A DNA stretch of 64,000 bases from Candidatus Obscuribacterales bacterium (GCA_965228855.1 CBDDIJ010000005.1:1152001-1216000), one strand, 5' to 3'; numbered from the stretch's first letter, positions 39,759 through 50,887 are shown. The notes: a model not told the origin generated them from the letters alone. A program made the numbers and translations.

Positions 39759-40972
39759 TGAAACGCGTCGGAATCTTAGGCGGCGGGCAACTCGGGATGC
39801 TCCTCGCTAACAGTATTTTTACGCTGGGCGGTCGAGTCAATGTCTTCGACCCGGACCCGGAAGCGCCCGCCTGCAATCATGTTAAAAACAGCATCAACTT
39901 TCCCTGGATGAACTACGATGCTCTCAATAATTTTTTCGACATCAGTGACGTCGTTACATACGAATTTGAGAATGTGGAAAGCGCCCCGCTAGTCTCCCTC
40001 GGGCATCTCAAGCCCATCTACCCGAGCGTCAAGGTTTTAAAAACCTGCCAGGACCGCGCTCTGGAAAAGAAGTTTTTACTCGCTGCCGGACTGCCACATG
40101 CTAATTTCGTGGTAGCTGATTCGGTGGCACATCTCCGTGCGCAAGCGAACCACATCAACTTTCCTTGTATTGTCAAAACCGCTCGCGGCGGCTATGACGG
40201 CAAGGGACAGTTCAAAATTTCCAGCAGAGAAGAATTCCAATCGTTTCTCGATGATCCGAAAAACGACTGGTTGGAAACCTTCACAGGTGTTGTTGAAGAA
40301 GTTATAGAATTGGAAACCGAAGTAAGCTGTATCGTCGCGAGGCCGTTAAACGGGGCTCCAGTAGCCTTTCCGATACTGGAGAACATTCACAAAGAGCACA
40401 TTTTGGACATAACCGTCCTCCCAGCACGAATTCCAAACTCTGTTCAAAAGAACATAAAAGAAATCGCCATTGAAGCCGCTACCAAACTCGATGTATGCGG
40501 TTTGCTTACCACCGAATTTTTCCTGTCAAAAACCAAAAGCGCAACATCGCCTGGTATCGAATGCGATGGCTGGTTTATTTATATAAACGAGTTCGCGCCC
40601 CGCCCGCACAACTCCGGTCACGTGACTACGAGCGCCTGTTGCATGAGTCAATATGATGCGCTTGCTCGTATCCTCCTCGACGTTCCGCTTCAGGAACCAC
40701 TCGTGATTTCAACGGGAACGTTTTGCATGATGAACTTGCTCGGTGATGTCTGGCTTTCCCAGGGTTCAAAAGACTACGATGCAAAGCTTGATTTGTCTGC
40801 ACTACGCGACCACCCTCAAGTTCTCGATGTCGTCATTTACGGGAAGAGAGAGCCGCGCGCCAAACGAAAAATGGGACACTTTATCACCTACGGCAAGACT
40901 CCGGAAAACGCAATCGAAGCGGCTCACGCCTTTCGCAACAGTCTGAAAAATACCAAAGTGACCGCATCGTGA
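39758..40972 (+). CDS. purK: N5-CAIR synthase
   Basis: GILGGGQLG, TYEFENV, GGYDGKGQ, NEFAPRPHNSGH, RKMGH; TAATG overlap with purE. Confidence 0.97.
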   Translation: MKRVGILGGGQLGMLLANSIFTLGGRVNVFDPDPEAPACNHVKNSINFPWMNYDALNNFFDISDVVTYEFENVESAPLVSLGHLKPIYPSVKVLKTCQDRALEKKFLLAAGLPHANFVVADSVAHLRAQANHINFPCIVKTARGGYDGKGQFKISSREEFQSFLDDPKNDWLETFTGVVEEVIELETEVSCIVARPLNGAPVAFPILENIHKEHILDITVLPARIPNSVQKNIKEIAIEAATKLDVCGLLTTEFFLSKTKSATSPGIECDGWFIYINEFAPRPHNSGHVTTSACCMSQYDALARILLDVPLQEPLVISTGTFCMMNLLGDVWLSQGSKDYDAKLDLSALRDHPQVLDVVIYGKREPRAKRKMGHFITYGKTPENAIEAAHAFRNSLKNTKVTAS

Positions 40973-41056
40973 CGGGACCGTGGTAGTTTTCACATAGATT
41001 TTTTGAAACTATTTCAGCATCATGTAGAGACTCGAATACTCGCGAGGTTTCTCAAC

Positions 41057-42370
41057 ATGTGTGAATTTTGCACCGGCAACGTAAAACTCGAACACTCTTC
41101 AGCCAACTCACCTGGCTCCGATTCGCAGGCAGGCAGTGAGAAGAAAACGGCTGACGACGCTCGCAGCGCCCTCTCGCTCGATGCAGATCTGGCGAAACCT
41201 CCAAATGAGACCGATGCAAAACAATCTCTTCTGAAGATGTACGGAGTAGAAACTCGCGACCTCGACGGCGGTCAAACCGAATTCTTCTACCGAGCCGGCG
41301 GCCACGACAATGTGGTTTTACGGACCGCATCCGATGCTGATAGCCTCGCAAAAGCCCCCGATCAACTGGACAAAATCGTTCAACAACGAGTCGACTCAAT
41401 CGAAAAACAATTCAAAGTCACTATTGCGAAACCAGGTGAATTCGCGACAACAGCGGAAGTTAACGACGATGACTGCAAGCCCGTTGCCGGCGAGAAGGTT
41501 TATGCTCGTCAGGGCACGCTACCTGTATTATTCGGATTAGAAGAGGGTTTGAAGCAGTCGCAACCCAGCCAATTTCTTGCAGATGGCAAAGAAGGAATTA
41601 AAATCTATCTGCTCGATAAACAAGCTGCTCCCGATTTCTACGGGGGACGCAAAATTCAAGGCACTTACAGATTCAAAAGTGATAACGGAAAACCGGTAAT
41701 CTTTATAACTCCGGCAGGCCAGGAACAGCCGGCGACCTCGAAAGATACGTTGAAACCTGGTGACCGTAATGTTGCATGGATTACGACACACGAAATTGCG
41801 CACAACAGTCAAAGTATTCAATGGGGTCGAGAGACTCCCGAAAACGTGGCGGTTGCACTGGGCTGGGAGAAATATCAGCACAAAAGTGGAGTAACCGTTT
41901 TCCCGTTCATCGAAGGCAAAAATGGTGATCTGTATTTCAACGGCTCCGACTCGTGCAAAACACCGACTACCTGGTTCTCAATTCACAAAACAGGTTGGCC
42001 GCTGGATGCAAACGGATTACCGGTGAAATCAATTGCGGAAGCAAGCAAATTCACAAACGAAGAAGTGATGGATCGCGCCAAAGTCCGCCCGAGTACCTTC
42101 TATTTCTCAAGCCCTTTTGAAGAGATGGCCGAAGCGATTACGTCATACAGATATAGCCCAGAGAGCCGCGCTCAGCTGTTTAAGCAATCGCCGAAGCTCT
42201 ATGAAATCACGGCGGAATACGATAGGAAGGAATTAGCAGACTTCTACGGAAAAGATTGGTCGTGGAACGCAAAAATGGTACGCACGCCGGATGGACATGT
42301 TGTTCCTCGCACCCCAGACTCAGTTAGGCAAATAGACGAATTTGAAAAGCAACTTCGCGCAGGCGGATAA
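41057..42370 (+). CDS. Hypothetical protein with HExxH zincin-like motif
   Basis: Start MCEFC after GAGG; THEIAH and distal EEMAE. Confidence 0.6.
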   Translation: MCEFCTGNVKLEHSSANSPGSDSQAGSEKKTADDARSALSLDADLAKPPNETDAKQSLLKMYGVETRDLDGGQTEFFYRAGGHDNVVLRTASDADSLAKAPDQLDKIVQQRVDSIEKQFKVTIAKPGEFATTAEVNDDDCKPVAGEKVYARQGTLPVLFGLEEGLKQSQPSQFLADGKEGIKIYLLDKQAAPDFYGGRKIQGTYRFKSDNGKPVIFITPAGQEQPATSKDTLKPGDRNVAWITTHEIAHNSQSIQWGRETPENVAVALGWEKYQHKSGVTVFPFIEGKNGDLYFNGSDSCKTPTTWFSIHKTGWPLDANGLPVKSIAEASKFTNEEVMDRAKVRPSTFYFSSPFEEMAEAITSYRYSPESRAQLFKQSPKLYEITAEYDRKELADFYGKDWSWNAKMVRTPDGHVVPRTPDSVRQIDEFEKQLRAGG

Positions 42371-42480
42371 GCAAATTCGGATTTCAAGCAGTTTACAATG
42401 AAACCTCAGCGAACAGGCGGGGCTTGGTTGTGTTTTTCCGCCACGCTAACGGTTTTACTTCTTCTATAGAGGACTAGACT

Positions 42481-42696
42481 ATGACGATGACATACGGTGC
42501 AAGAAACAAAATCAAAGGCAAAGTAATCGACGTCAAAAGCGACGCCATTATGTCGCAAGTGAAGTTCGAGACCGCATCCGGCGAGATGTCTTCAGTCCTC
42601 ACGACAGAGTCTGTGGAAGACATGAACCTTCGCGTCGGCGATACAGTGGAACTGGTGATTAAGGCAATTCACGTACTTCCCGTCAAACACACATAG
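42481..42696 (+). CDS. TOBE/molbindin (Mop-like) protein
   Basis: GARNKIKGKV, SVLTTESVEDMNLRVGD, VIKA. Confidence 0.88.
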   Translation: MTMTYGARNKIKGKVIDVKSDAIMSQVKFETASGEMSSVLTTESVEDMNLRVGDTVELVIKAIHVLPVKHT

Positions 42697-42701
42697 AGAA
42701 A

Positions 42702-42725
42702 CTTGCGCCACCGGAGTGGCGCAAG
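42702..42725. terminator. Hairpin between convergent genes
   Basis: 10-bp stem CTTGCGCCAC/GTGGCGCAAG with 4-nt loop. Confidence 0.75.
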
Positions 42726-42750
42726 CGGAGACGTGGATTAAACTTTCGAA

Positions 42751-43590
42751 TTAGTGTTTCGCTCTGAAATCGATTGGCTGGAATTCGTACAGGTTTTCAG
42801 CAACGTATTTCGCGACGGAAGACATCATCGGATTCTTCACGTTTTGCATTTTCGTAACTTCATTTAGCTCGAGAACTCCATTCTTGTTTCCGTTAGCATC
42901 AAGCTGGTCGGCATAGACTTTATTGAATTCCTGAGCAAATCCGCCCATCAAATCCTTTTGACGAAGCTGTTCTGCGATCATGCTCCATGACTTTTGCCGC
43001 TCATCAGCCGTCTCAAGAGGGAAACGCTTGGAGACGTCAGCTAAAAACTTTAAGTAAGCGCTCTTATCGCCGCGTTCCAAATTGTTTTCCAGCCGTTTAA
43101 TAGAATCATTGGCATGGTCTTCCGGACTCGCCATCATTACGCGATCGGCATAGAACTTGCGTTCTCTTGCGTCTAAACTGTTGCGCTCGGCATCATTCTG
43201 GTCCGACCATCCTAGCTGAGCCGCGTCCTTGAAGTTCTTAGAAGACTCAGCGGCGAGCCCCTTCCAGACCATATCTTGGGCATTTCGTGCGATACCGTCT
43301 AATTCGTGCTTCTCAACCGTTCCATTTCTACCACCGATCAAGGCTCCATTCTCCAGCATCCACTCGGCCGCGACTTTCGGCAGAGTACCATTGTCTTCAA
43401 GCTTCGTGGAAATCAACATCCACATATCCTCTCTCTTCTGCGGATCTTCCGTAGTCTTGAGAAGTTGATGCGCTTCTTTGTTTAAAACATCATATGCACC
43501 TTTGAGATCGTTATGGTCGACTTTGTCTTTCACATCTTGTGCAATTTTCTCCGTAGTCAAAGGTTCACGATCGAATTCAGCGTTGGGCAT
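42751..43590 (-). CDS. Hypothetical protein with two related modules and an EF-hand-like loop
   Basis: 279 aa; REDMWMLISTKL / RQKSWSMIAEQL and NGTVEKHEL / DANGNKNGVLELNEV. Confidence 0.65.
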   Translation of the reverse strand: MPNAEFDREPLTTEKIAQDVKDKVDHNDLKGAYDVLNKEAHQLLKTTEDPQKREDMWMLISTKLEDNGTLPKVAAEWMLENGALIGGRNGTVEKHELDGIARNAQDMVWKGLAAESSKNFKDAAQLGWSDQNDAERNSLDARERKFYADRVMMASPEDHANDSIKRLENNLERGDKSAYLKFLADVSKRFPLETADERQKSWSMIAEQLRQKDLMGGFAQEFNKVYADQLDANGNKNGVLELNEVTKMQNVKNPMMSSVAKYVAENLYEFQPIDFRAKH

Positions 43591-43715
43591 AGTCTTGGGC
43601 TCCGTGCGAGTGATGGTTGGCGATCACCTCAGGGGTGGATAGCAACATGATTGACCCGCTGCATAACATTGACGTAACATAACCCGGGATGGGGTTTTGG
43701 CGCTCATGGTGTTCC

Positions 43716-44387
43716 GTGTCCAAGATATTAATAGTCGAAGATGATCTGGAGATGGCAGGGGTCGTAAAGGACTCTCTGGCAGGCAATATGTTTACCGTCG
43801 AGATGGTGCACACCGCCGGCGATGCCACAGAATATCTAAAATCTGTCGACTACGATCTGATTATTTTGGACTGGGAACTTGGAGACCAGACCGGGCTGGA
43901 GGTTTGCAGGAACTACAGACAGAATGGCGGCTCGGCACCGATTCTGTTTTTGACAGGCAAGACAGAGATAGAAGATAAGATGGTCGGGCTGGATGCTGGC
44001 GGCGATGATTACCTGACGAAGCCATTTCATGCAGGAGAACTGATCGCGCGCGTCCGAGCACTGCTTAGACGCCCGTTGATAATAGATTATAAACCGCTTG
44101 CAATACGAGACCTGGAGTTGGATATCGTCAATCACACTGTGAAGAGAAATGGCGAGGAGATAAAGCTCTATCCAAAAGAATTTTTATTGTTAGAACTGTT
44201 TATGCGAAACCCTCAGCGTGTTTTCTCAGGTGACTACCTGCTCAGCAAAGTCTGGCCGACAGATTCGGAAGCCTCAATCGAGACGGTGCGTATGACTATG
44301 GTCCGATTGCGACAAAAGATAGAAGCTGACCAGAATAACCCGTTAATTCGCACCATCCGCGGTGTCGGCTACAGATTGGACCCGTGA
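43716..44387 (+). CDS. OmpR-family response regulator
   Basis: [21 protein letters not shown], winged-helix TIRGVGY; GTG start. Confidence 0.95.
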   Translation: MSKILIVEDDLEMAGVVKDSLAGNMFTVEMVHTAGDATEYLKSVDYDLIILDWELGDQTGLEVCRNYRQNGGSAPILFLTGKTEIEDKMVGLDAGGDDYLTKPFHAGELIARVRALLRRPLIIDYKPLAIRDLELDIVNHTVKRNGEEIKLYPKEFLLLELFMRNPQRVFSGDYLLSKVWPTDSEASIETVRMTMVRLRQKIEADQNNPLIRTIRGVGYRLDP

Positions 44388-44391
44388 ATTC

Positions 44392-46251
44392 TCAAGCCTC
44401 AGGTAGGGAAAACCAGAAGGTACTACCTTTACCCTCTTCGCTTTTCACGCCAATTTTTCCACCGTGCTGTTCCACAAGAGACTTGCATATTGCCAGGCCA
44501 AGACCGAAACCGCCAGCTTTGCGGTCGCGCTGAGCATCGACTTGTTTGAATCGTTCGAAAATTGTCGCTTTCTTACTTTCCGGAATTCCGGTGCCCTCGT
44601 CGGCGACAGAGAATTCGGCTGATGTAAAACCTCTGTGCGCGATTATAGAAATGGTTCCGCCCTCGGGAGAATACTTGACGGCATTGGAAACGAGATTTGT
44701 TAGAACCTGAACGATGAACGACTTATCGCATTTGATCGTTCCATCCTCCGGAGTTATCTTTGTCTTTAGAACAATGCCCTTCTGTTCGCACAACTGATTG
44801 ACCGATTCGACCGCCCCCTGCACCAGCTCGGATATCCTTTCCTCTTCAATCCGAAGTTCCACACGTCCCTCATCAAGCTTCTCGACGGCTAGCAGCCTGT
44901 CTACCATCTCAAGCAAGCGTTGTGTGTTTCGCAGCGCGGTCGAGATTTTCTGAGAGAGCTCGTCAGAGAGGGCACCGTACTGCCCCTGTGAAGCTAGTTC
45001 GAGCACGACGCCTACGGTAGTCAGCGGCGTCCGGATATCGTGACTCGCCATTGAATAAAATTCTCTCTTCAGCTGTTCCAGTTTATAACGCTCGGTCTCG
45101 TCGATAACAGTAACGAGAACGTACTTGCCATAAGGACCTTCGCACTGCGTAGCAGTTGCAGCTACGGGTATGATCTCCTGGTCGGCCGAAAGAGCTTCTA
45201 GCTGGATCATTTTCTCTACGCCGGCCTTCAACAGCAGGGATAAAGTGGAGTCCTCTTGCTTAGCGGGTCTCATGAACAATTTGTCTAAAGACTGTCCAGC
45301 GATGGAGTCGTTATCGCAGGCAAACAATCGTTCTGCGCTGGTGTTGATTGACTCGACCACACCGCTTTCGGAAGTGACAAGAAGTGCTGCTGGAATAGAT
45401 TCCAACATAATCTCGAGCTGCTCCTTCCCTTCTTGCAACTGCTCGGTCATCGCCCTTTCTCTGATGCGCAAGGCAGTTATGGTCTCGGCCATATCGTGAA
45501 AAACTTTATCGAGATCTCCAAATTCGTCGCCTGCGTTCAACCGCTCCAGCAAAGGCTCTCCCGCCCCGAAGCGAACAGTATTTTCTTTAAGCACATTCAA
45601 CTTGCGCACTGTTCCAAGCACGAAAAGTGACGCAAAAGTCATCGCAAGGATTGTGTTTAGTGCCACTGAGATATTGGTTGTCTGCGCGACGCTTGAAACG
45701 AAACCTTCTTGAGGAACCTCAGCAGCCGTCACTTCTTGCTGCGCCTTTTTACCAATGTCTCGGAATAGAAGGAAAAGGCTTCGAGCGGATTCCCGCAGCC
45801 TGACGTTTTCTTCCAGCCCCTGAAAAATTGATGTCACCTCAGAATCAGGGTCGGGATTAAACTGCGACCTGGCCAGATCTGAGAGAAAACGCTTCGAGTG
45901 CTGGCGCAACGTATTCGCGCCGACGTGGTCACCTGTCTTAACTTCTATAATGTCTGCAAGTTCGGCTGTTTGCTTCTTTATCTTTGCGTGATACTGATGA
46001 TAGTACTTATCGGTTCCAGGAGTGCCATACATTTTGTATTGCATCAGCGACTGAAAACCGAAAAAGGTATTGAGAAAAACCTCGTTAATTTTATTGACTA
46101 TGTCACGGCGCACAGTGAGTTTGCGAGCAGTTTTCTGTAGCTCGGACGTCTGCTTGGTCAGGTGCGCAAATATGACAAACTGGACCGCCACCGGGAGCGC
46201 CACCATGAGCATGACGAGCGGATAAAGTTTTAACTGGGGGAACCTGGCCAT
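44392..46251 (-). CDS. Membrane HAMP/PAS sensor histidine kinase
   Basis: Two TM segments, DEFGDL, PAS-like region, [28 protein letters not shown]. Confidence 0.95.
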   Translation of the reverse strand: MARFPQLKLYPLVMLMVALPVAVQFVIFAHLTKQTSELQKTARKLTVRRDIVNKINEVFLNTFFGFQSLMQYKMYGTPGTDKYYHQYHAKIKKQTAELADIIEVKTGDHVGANTLRQHSKRFLSDLARSQFNPDPDSEVTSIFQGLEENVRLRESARSLFLLFRDIGKKAQQEVTAAEVPQEGFVSSVAQTTNISVALNTILAMTFASLFVLGTVRKLNVLKENTVRFGAGEPLLERLNAGDEFGDLDKVFHDMAETITALRIRERAMTEQLQEGKEQLEIMLESIPAALLVTSESGVVESINTSAERLFACDNDSIAGQSLDKLFMRPAKQEDSTLSLLLKAGVEKMIQLEALSADQEIIPVAATATQCEGPYGKYVLVTVIDETERYKLEQLKREFYSMASHDIRTPLTTVGVVLELASQGQYGALSDELSQKISTALRNTQRLLEMVDRLLAVEKLDEGRVELRIEEERISELVQGAVESVNQLCEQKGIVLKTKITPEDGTIKCDKSFIVQVLTNLVSNAVKYSPEGGTISIIAHRGFTSAEFSVADEGTGIPESKKATIFERFKQVDAQRDRKAGGFGLGLAICKSLVEQHGGKIGVKSEEGKGSTFWFSLPEA

Positions 46252-46650
46252 AGTTGCTCGCCGGAAGACAGATCTCAATTATAGAGCAGCCGGCTAGTGT
46301 AGTGCTATCCGACTCAGGCGCAAGTCTCAATTATTCCGCACAGACCTGAGATAAAACATTCAAGTTTCCAGAAAGCAAGGCGTAGAATCGCCAATTCTCG
46401 TTAACGGTTTCCAGATACTTCAGCACCAGATGTGGTGACCCGTTAGCAGCCGCAGATGATGCAATATATTCCAAGACATCTATTCCCTTTTGAATTGACC
46501 AGCGTCCTGTCAGTGCTTCAGAAACAGCTACAGCAGTGAGCGCATCAGAGCGATTTGCTTATTCTCAAGCGTACTTGGGTATTAAGTCAGAACTATGCAT
46601 GCGATTCGGTTTAAGCAAGCATTTTATCGTTGCTGAGGTTGGGAGGAACT

Positions 46651-47895
46651 ATGATTCGAATTATGCGACTGCTCGTGCTCGTCTGGTTCGGACTGGTTGT
46701 ATCGTGCGTCTCAGCATTTTGTGCTGACGGAGCTCAGGCGGTCGCGCTGTTCAAGCAGGGGAAATACAAGGAATCGCTGCCTCTTTTTGAGAAGATTGTC
46801 AGAGAGAAACCGAATGACGTCAACGCTATCTACTATTACGCCGTCGCCTTGCATCGGTCCGGCAAAGTCGTGGAGGCGAAACTGAAGTACTATGACCTCA
46901 TGACCAGATTTCCAGCCACTCCCGCCGGACAGCAGGCTGTCAAAATTCTGTTTCCATCAGGTGCTCGAACCGCTGCGTCGTCGCACGGCTCGCGGCAATC
47001 CGGTTCTCAGGAGCAACGAGCTGGCTTCGCATCAATCAGACACGGTCGCGAAACTGAATCGTCGGACTATTCTTCACTGCCCCATGAAGCGAGAGTCTAC
47101 TTCAAGAGGGAAGGAAATTCTTTGTTCGTCGATGCCCAGGTCAACAATCGCCCAATCACAATGGTATTTGATACAGGCGCAGAAATGTGCGCATTCGGGA
47201 AAAATCACCTGCGGGAACTCGGAATTCAGCCTCCGCAGGGGGCTCCGACAGGAATGGCGTCCGGTGTAGGCGACGGGGGTCTCATAGGGACCTGGACCAT
47301 GAGAGCGGACATCAAGCTGGGCGGGATTCTCAGGAAGAACATGCCGATCAGCGTCCAGGAAAATCTACCTGGCTCGCCCCTTCTCGGGCAGACGTTTTTC
47401 AAAGACTTTCGATACACAATCGATAATGGAGCCAATTCAATTCACTTCGTTATCAAACAACCTGCGACGGCCGTTGCTACAGCAACCAGAGGCTACTCTC
47501 CGAACGCAGCAATGGCAGACAGATACGCCGTGCCGTTTACTCTAGAAGGCAACGAAATGATCGTGACTGCGGAAGTCAACGGAAGAGCAATCCCGATGAT
47601 CTTCGACACAGGCGCGTCGACTACGGTCTTCACCATGAGTCACATCAAACAATTAGGTCTCAATTACAATGAGGACGAAACGGAAGCAGAGCGCCACGTT
47701 GGTATCGCCGGTGAAACCGCCGGTTTTAGCTTTCCAGTTTCAAGAATGCGCCTCGGTCCCATTGAGAAATCGAATTTCAGAATCAGCGTCACGCAAGGAA
47801 TGAACGGTCATCCGCTTCTAGGTCAAACATTCTACGGCGACTGGCAGTACAGCATCGACAACGCGAATAAGGTAATTCACTTCTTGCGCCGGTAG
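46651..47895 (+). CDS. Secreted TPR protein with tandem retropepsin-like aspartyl protease domains
   Basis: GGAGG SD; signal peptide; TPR; two FDTGA motifs each followed by LLGQTF. Confidence 0.85.
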   Translation: MIRIMRLLVLVWFGLVVSCVSAFCADGAQAVALFKQGKYKESLPLFEKIVREKPNDVNAIYYYAVALHRSGKVVEAKLKYYDLMTRFPATPAGQQAVKILFPSGARTAASSHGSRQSGSQEQRAGFASIRHGRETESSDYSSLPHEARVYFKREGNSLFVDAQVNNRPITMVFDTGAEMCAFGKNHLRELGIQPPQGAPTGMASGVGDGGLIGTWTMRADIKLGGILRKNMPISVQENLPGSPLLGQTFFKDFRYTIDNGANSIHFVIKQPATAVATATRGYSPNAAMADRYAVPFTLEGNEMIVTAEVNGRAIPMIFDTGASTTVFTMSHIKQLGLNYNEDETEAERHVGIAGETAGFSFPVSRMRLGPIEKSNFRISVTQGMNGHPLLGQTFYGDWQYSIDNANKVIHFLRR

Positions 47896-47942
47896 ACCCA
47901 ACCACTGAAAAAGCTATTCAAAACGCAGGCATAGCAGCACCA

Positions 47943-50735
47943 TTAATTGGAAGTCTTGGCTTTCCTGGCAGCCTCAGCGACTTGCTCTCGCTGAACAGCT
48001 TCACGTTTTGCAGTAGCCTTAGCGAGTCGTTCTTTAACGAGCGCCGCTTCAACTGAGCGATTCAATCCGGTCAAAAACACATAACGCTCCTGCAGCAAGC
48101 CCTCAAGCACGAAAATAGAGGAGTATGGACCTTCCATCTGCTTGAGTCCTTCGGCGTTTGCGAGCAATGCGCGTTCGTATTCGTTCAGAGAGAAAAGCGA
48201 AGCGGCATACTGGCAAAGAGCCGCTGCAAGAGACTGACAACTCTCGTCTGATGGCTCTCTCCGCACCATCTGTCGAAGCTCAGCAACGGCAGCCTCGAAG
48301 ATCGGCAACGACTGTTTGAACTGATTCAAACATCGAAGACTGTCGGCATATTGGGAGCGTGCTGAAGCTTGCCGAACCAGAGAGACAGTTTTTATATCCA
48401 TAAGTCGACGCGCCCACGATTTCGCCTTTTCAAACTGTTGCTCTCGCGAATAATTACCAATAATCACTTTCATGCAATCGTAGGCGGTGAGACTATCTTC
48501 AGCTGAGTCCGAGCGCACGGCAAGCCACTTCTTCAGAACCGCTTCAGCGCCTTCAAACTTACCGACGGAACAGTAGTATCCGAAAAGCTGATTGAAACCG
48601 ACCCTCCGTAGGTTCGAATCAGGCATCGCCTGTGACATCTTAAACGCATTTGTAAAGTATTTTTCGGCCGCCGTCCTATTGCCGAGTCTGAATTCAAGCG
48701 CCCCACAGCTAAACATTAGCTGACATCTGAACTGCTCTTTAGCAGGACCTCCTCCACCGTGTTCCAGAATATTCAGCATCAAGGTCTGCAAGGAGAGGGC
48801 TTTACGAACATCATCCGATTTTCGTGCGCGGTCAGCAGCTCTACTGAATGTACTAAATATCTGCGGCGATGATAAGAACTTGCACGTTGGATGTTCCTGT
48901 GCGAATTTTGTCATTGCATCAAATGAAATCAATTTCGATGGAAATGTCAGTGTGACATCGTACAACCTGGGAAGATCTACCAGCTTTGCCAGACCCGCAA
49001 TGGTGACCTCCGTGGCTCCCAAACTCAGCTGCTCAAGTTTTTTAAACTTCCGAATCGTAGCGACAGTCTTATCACTGATACCGGTGTCCTCCAAGTTCAA
49101 GTGCTGAAGCTGTTCTACATCCTTGAGCTGCTCGAGGGAAGTAACGAGAGTTCCATTCAATTTTAGAGAACGAAGATTCTTCAATCCAGAAAGATACATC
49201 AGACCTTCGTTTCCGATTGGCATTGATGAAGCATCAATATCTTCTAGACTCTGACAATTCTGAAAAACACTCATGTCCTCGTCGAGCAAAGGTCCGTATA
49301 CGAAGATTTTGACCTCTTTCAATCCGCCAAGTATCTCGCTCTTCAATCTCGCGACCGTGCGCTTGCGATTCTCAGGAGTTGCTTCATTCCGGTTTGCTTG
49401 GCGAGCCTCTTCCAAGGTAGTCGGCCATTTTTCACCGCCGGCAGTGAAGAGGCCTAGTTTGCCATTGCCCGAGCCACCGTTCGCTGACAATGGCAACGCG
49501 ACACCTTTTTCCATGTCCTCACCCAAGCCAGACTTCGTCAATTTCGCCAAAGTCTTATCAATTTTGTCGCCATGAAGTTCGGGATCCGCTAGCGTATCAG
49601 AGAGCGACTCGAATCTTAGTGGCTTAGTCTTTTCTGGCTTTGGTTCTGACACAAACATTGCCACAGAGACACCAGCCACCACCAGCAGTATCACAGATAC
49701 AACTCCGACTGTAACCTTGCCGGATTTTAGCGACTCAAATGGAATCAACCTGATGTACCCGAACTCTGCGGCATCTTTATCCGCAGGATGAATTGTCCCG
49801 TCCTGGACAGACGACTGATTCGCAAGACCTTCAATTGTCTCAATCTCTGCATCAAGAAGCTGAGCTACTTCCGCAGCGCTTGTAATTCGATCCTCCGGAT
49901 TTTTTGCTATGAGCTGGTCGATTATGCTTAAAACCCCACTGCTAAACTGTTCCCGCAGCAATGATCTTAGTGGTCGAGGCTTAGCATTCTGATGCAACAA
50001 GAGCGTTTCCACAGCATTCTTGCCAACGAAAGGTGGTTGCCCCGCAATTGCCTCATACATCACGCAGCCGAGAGCATAAAGATCAGATCGCGCAGTTGCC
50101 GGCTCCCCGCGACTCTGCTCTGGACTCATATAAAGGGGCGTCCCCGTAAGGGCTGTTGTGGTTCGCTGCTCCACACCGCCGGCAGTGGCACCGACGTTTT
50201 TGGCTAGTCCGAAATCAACGACTTTAGTATCAAACGAGCCATCTTCGCGCTCAACGATCATGATGTTTCCGGGTTTAATATCGCGATGAATAATGCCGTT
50301 ACGGTGAGCGCATTCGAGCGCGTCGGCCACGTCTGCAAAAATCGAGAGAAACAGATCAATCGGCAGCGGTCCCGCTTCTAACACCTCTGCAAGCGTCTCT
50401 CCTTCAATGAACTCGATTGCCATGTACGGCACTCCGTCAGCCGATAGACCGAAATCGTAAACCGTGGCGATACTGGGATGAATCAAGCGCGAAGCGGTTT
50501 TCGCCTCATTTTGAAAACGAACGAGTAAATTGTCTTCACGAGCGTGAGCATGCAAAACCTTTAGCGCAAGCGTCTTGTCCAGGTTCATATCACGGACTTT
50601 GTAAACCTGCCCCATACCACCGGCGCCCAGACAAGAAAGCACTTCGAAGCGCCCGAAGACCTTTTGACCGACCTCGAATACTTCTTCGCCGCTTCCGGCA
50701 GAAGGTAACTTATCGTTGTTTAAATCAGCGCTCAT
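47943..50735 (-). CDS. Receptor-like Ser/Thr kinase (kinase-TM-LRR-TPR)
   Basis: GAGGMG, HRDIKPGN, DFG, YMSPE; TM segment; LRRs (LRSLKLNGT, LQHLNLEDT); TPR-like C-terminus. Confidence 0.9.
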   Translation of the reverse strand: MSADLNNDKLPSAGSGEEVFEVGQKVFGRFEVLSCLGAGGMGQVYKVRDMNLDKTLALKVLHAHAREDNLLVRFQNEAKTASRLIHPSIATVYDFGLSADGVPYMAIEFIEGETLAEVLEAGPLPIDLFLSIFADVADALECAHRNGIIHRDIKPGNIMIVEREDGSFDTKVVDFGLAKNVGATAGGVEQRTTTALTGTPLYMSPEQSRGEPATARSDLYALGCVMYEAIAGQPPFVGKNAVETLLLHQNAKPRPLRSLLREQFSSGVLSIIDQLIAKNPEDRITSAAEVAQLLDAEIETIEGLANQSSVQDGTIHPADKDAAEFGYIRLIPFESLKSGKVTVGVVSVILLVVAGVSVAMFVSEPKPEKTKPLRFESLSDTLADPELHGDKIDKTLAKLTKSGLGEDMEKGVALPLSANGGSGNGKLGLFTAGGEKWPTTLEEARQANRNEATPENRKRTVARLKSEILGGLKEVKIFVYGPLLDEDMSVFQNCQSLEDIDASSMPIGNEGLMYLSGLKNLRSLKLNGTLVTSLEQLKDVEQLQHLNLEDTGISDKTVATIRKFKKLEQLSLGATEVTIAGLAKLVDLPRLYDVTLTFPSKLISFDAMTKFAQEHPTCKFLSSPQIFSTFSRAADRARKSDDVRKALSLQTLMLNILEHGGGGPAKEQFRCQLMFSCGALEFRLGNRTAAEKYFTNAFKMSQAMPDSNLRRVGFNQLFGYYCSVGKFEGAEAVLKKWLAVRSDSAEDSLTAYDCMKVIIGNYSREQQFEKAKSWARRLMDIKTVSLVRQASARSQYADSLRCLNQFKQSLPIFEAAVAELRQMVRREPSDESCQSLAAALCQYAASLFSLNEYERALLANAEGLKQMEGPYSSIFVLEGLLQERYVFLTGLNRSVEAALVKERLAKATAKREAVQREQVAEAARKAKTSN

Positions 50736-50887
50736 TTAAGCGTCGCGCTATCCTCAACCAGTTGCGATTTCGGACTAATTCAATGGGTTACCTTAACTGC
50801 CAATCATTGTAGTGATCGAATTATGACATATACTTGACTAGCAATTCGACAAGCGTCTAAATAACGCGATTGCGGCTCTTAGGAACC

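Noticed and set aside
42371..42480. ModE box or Moco riboswitch before the TOBE gene
   Set aside because: No matching consensus seen.
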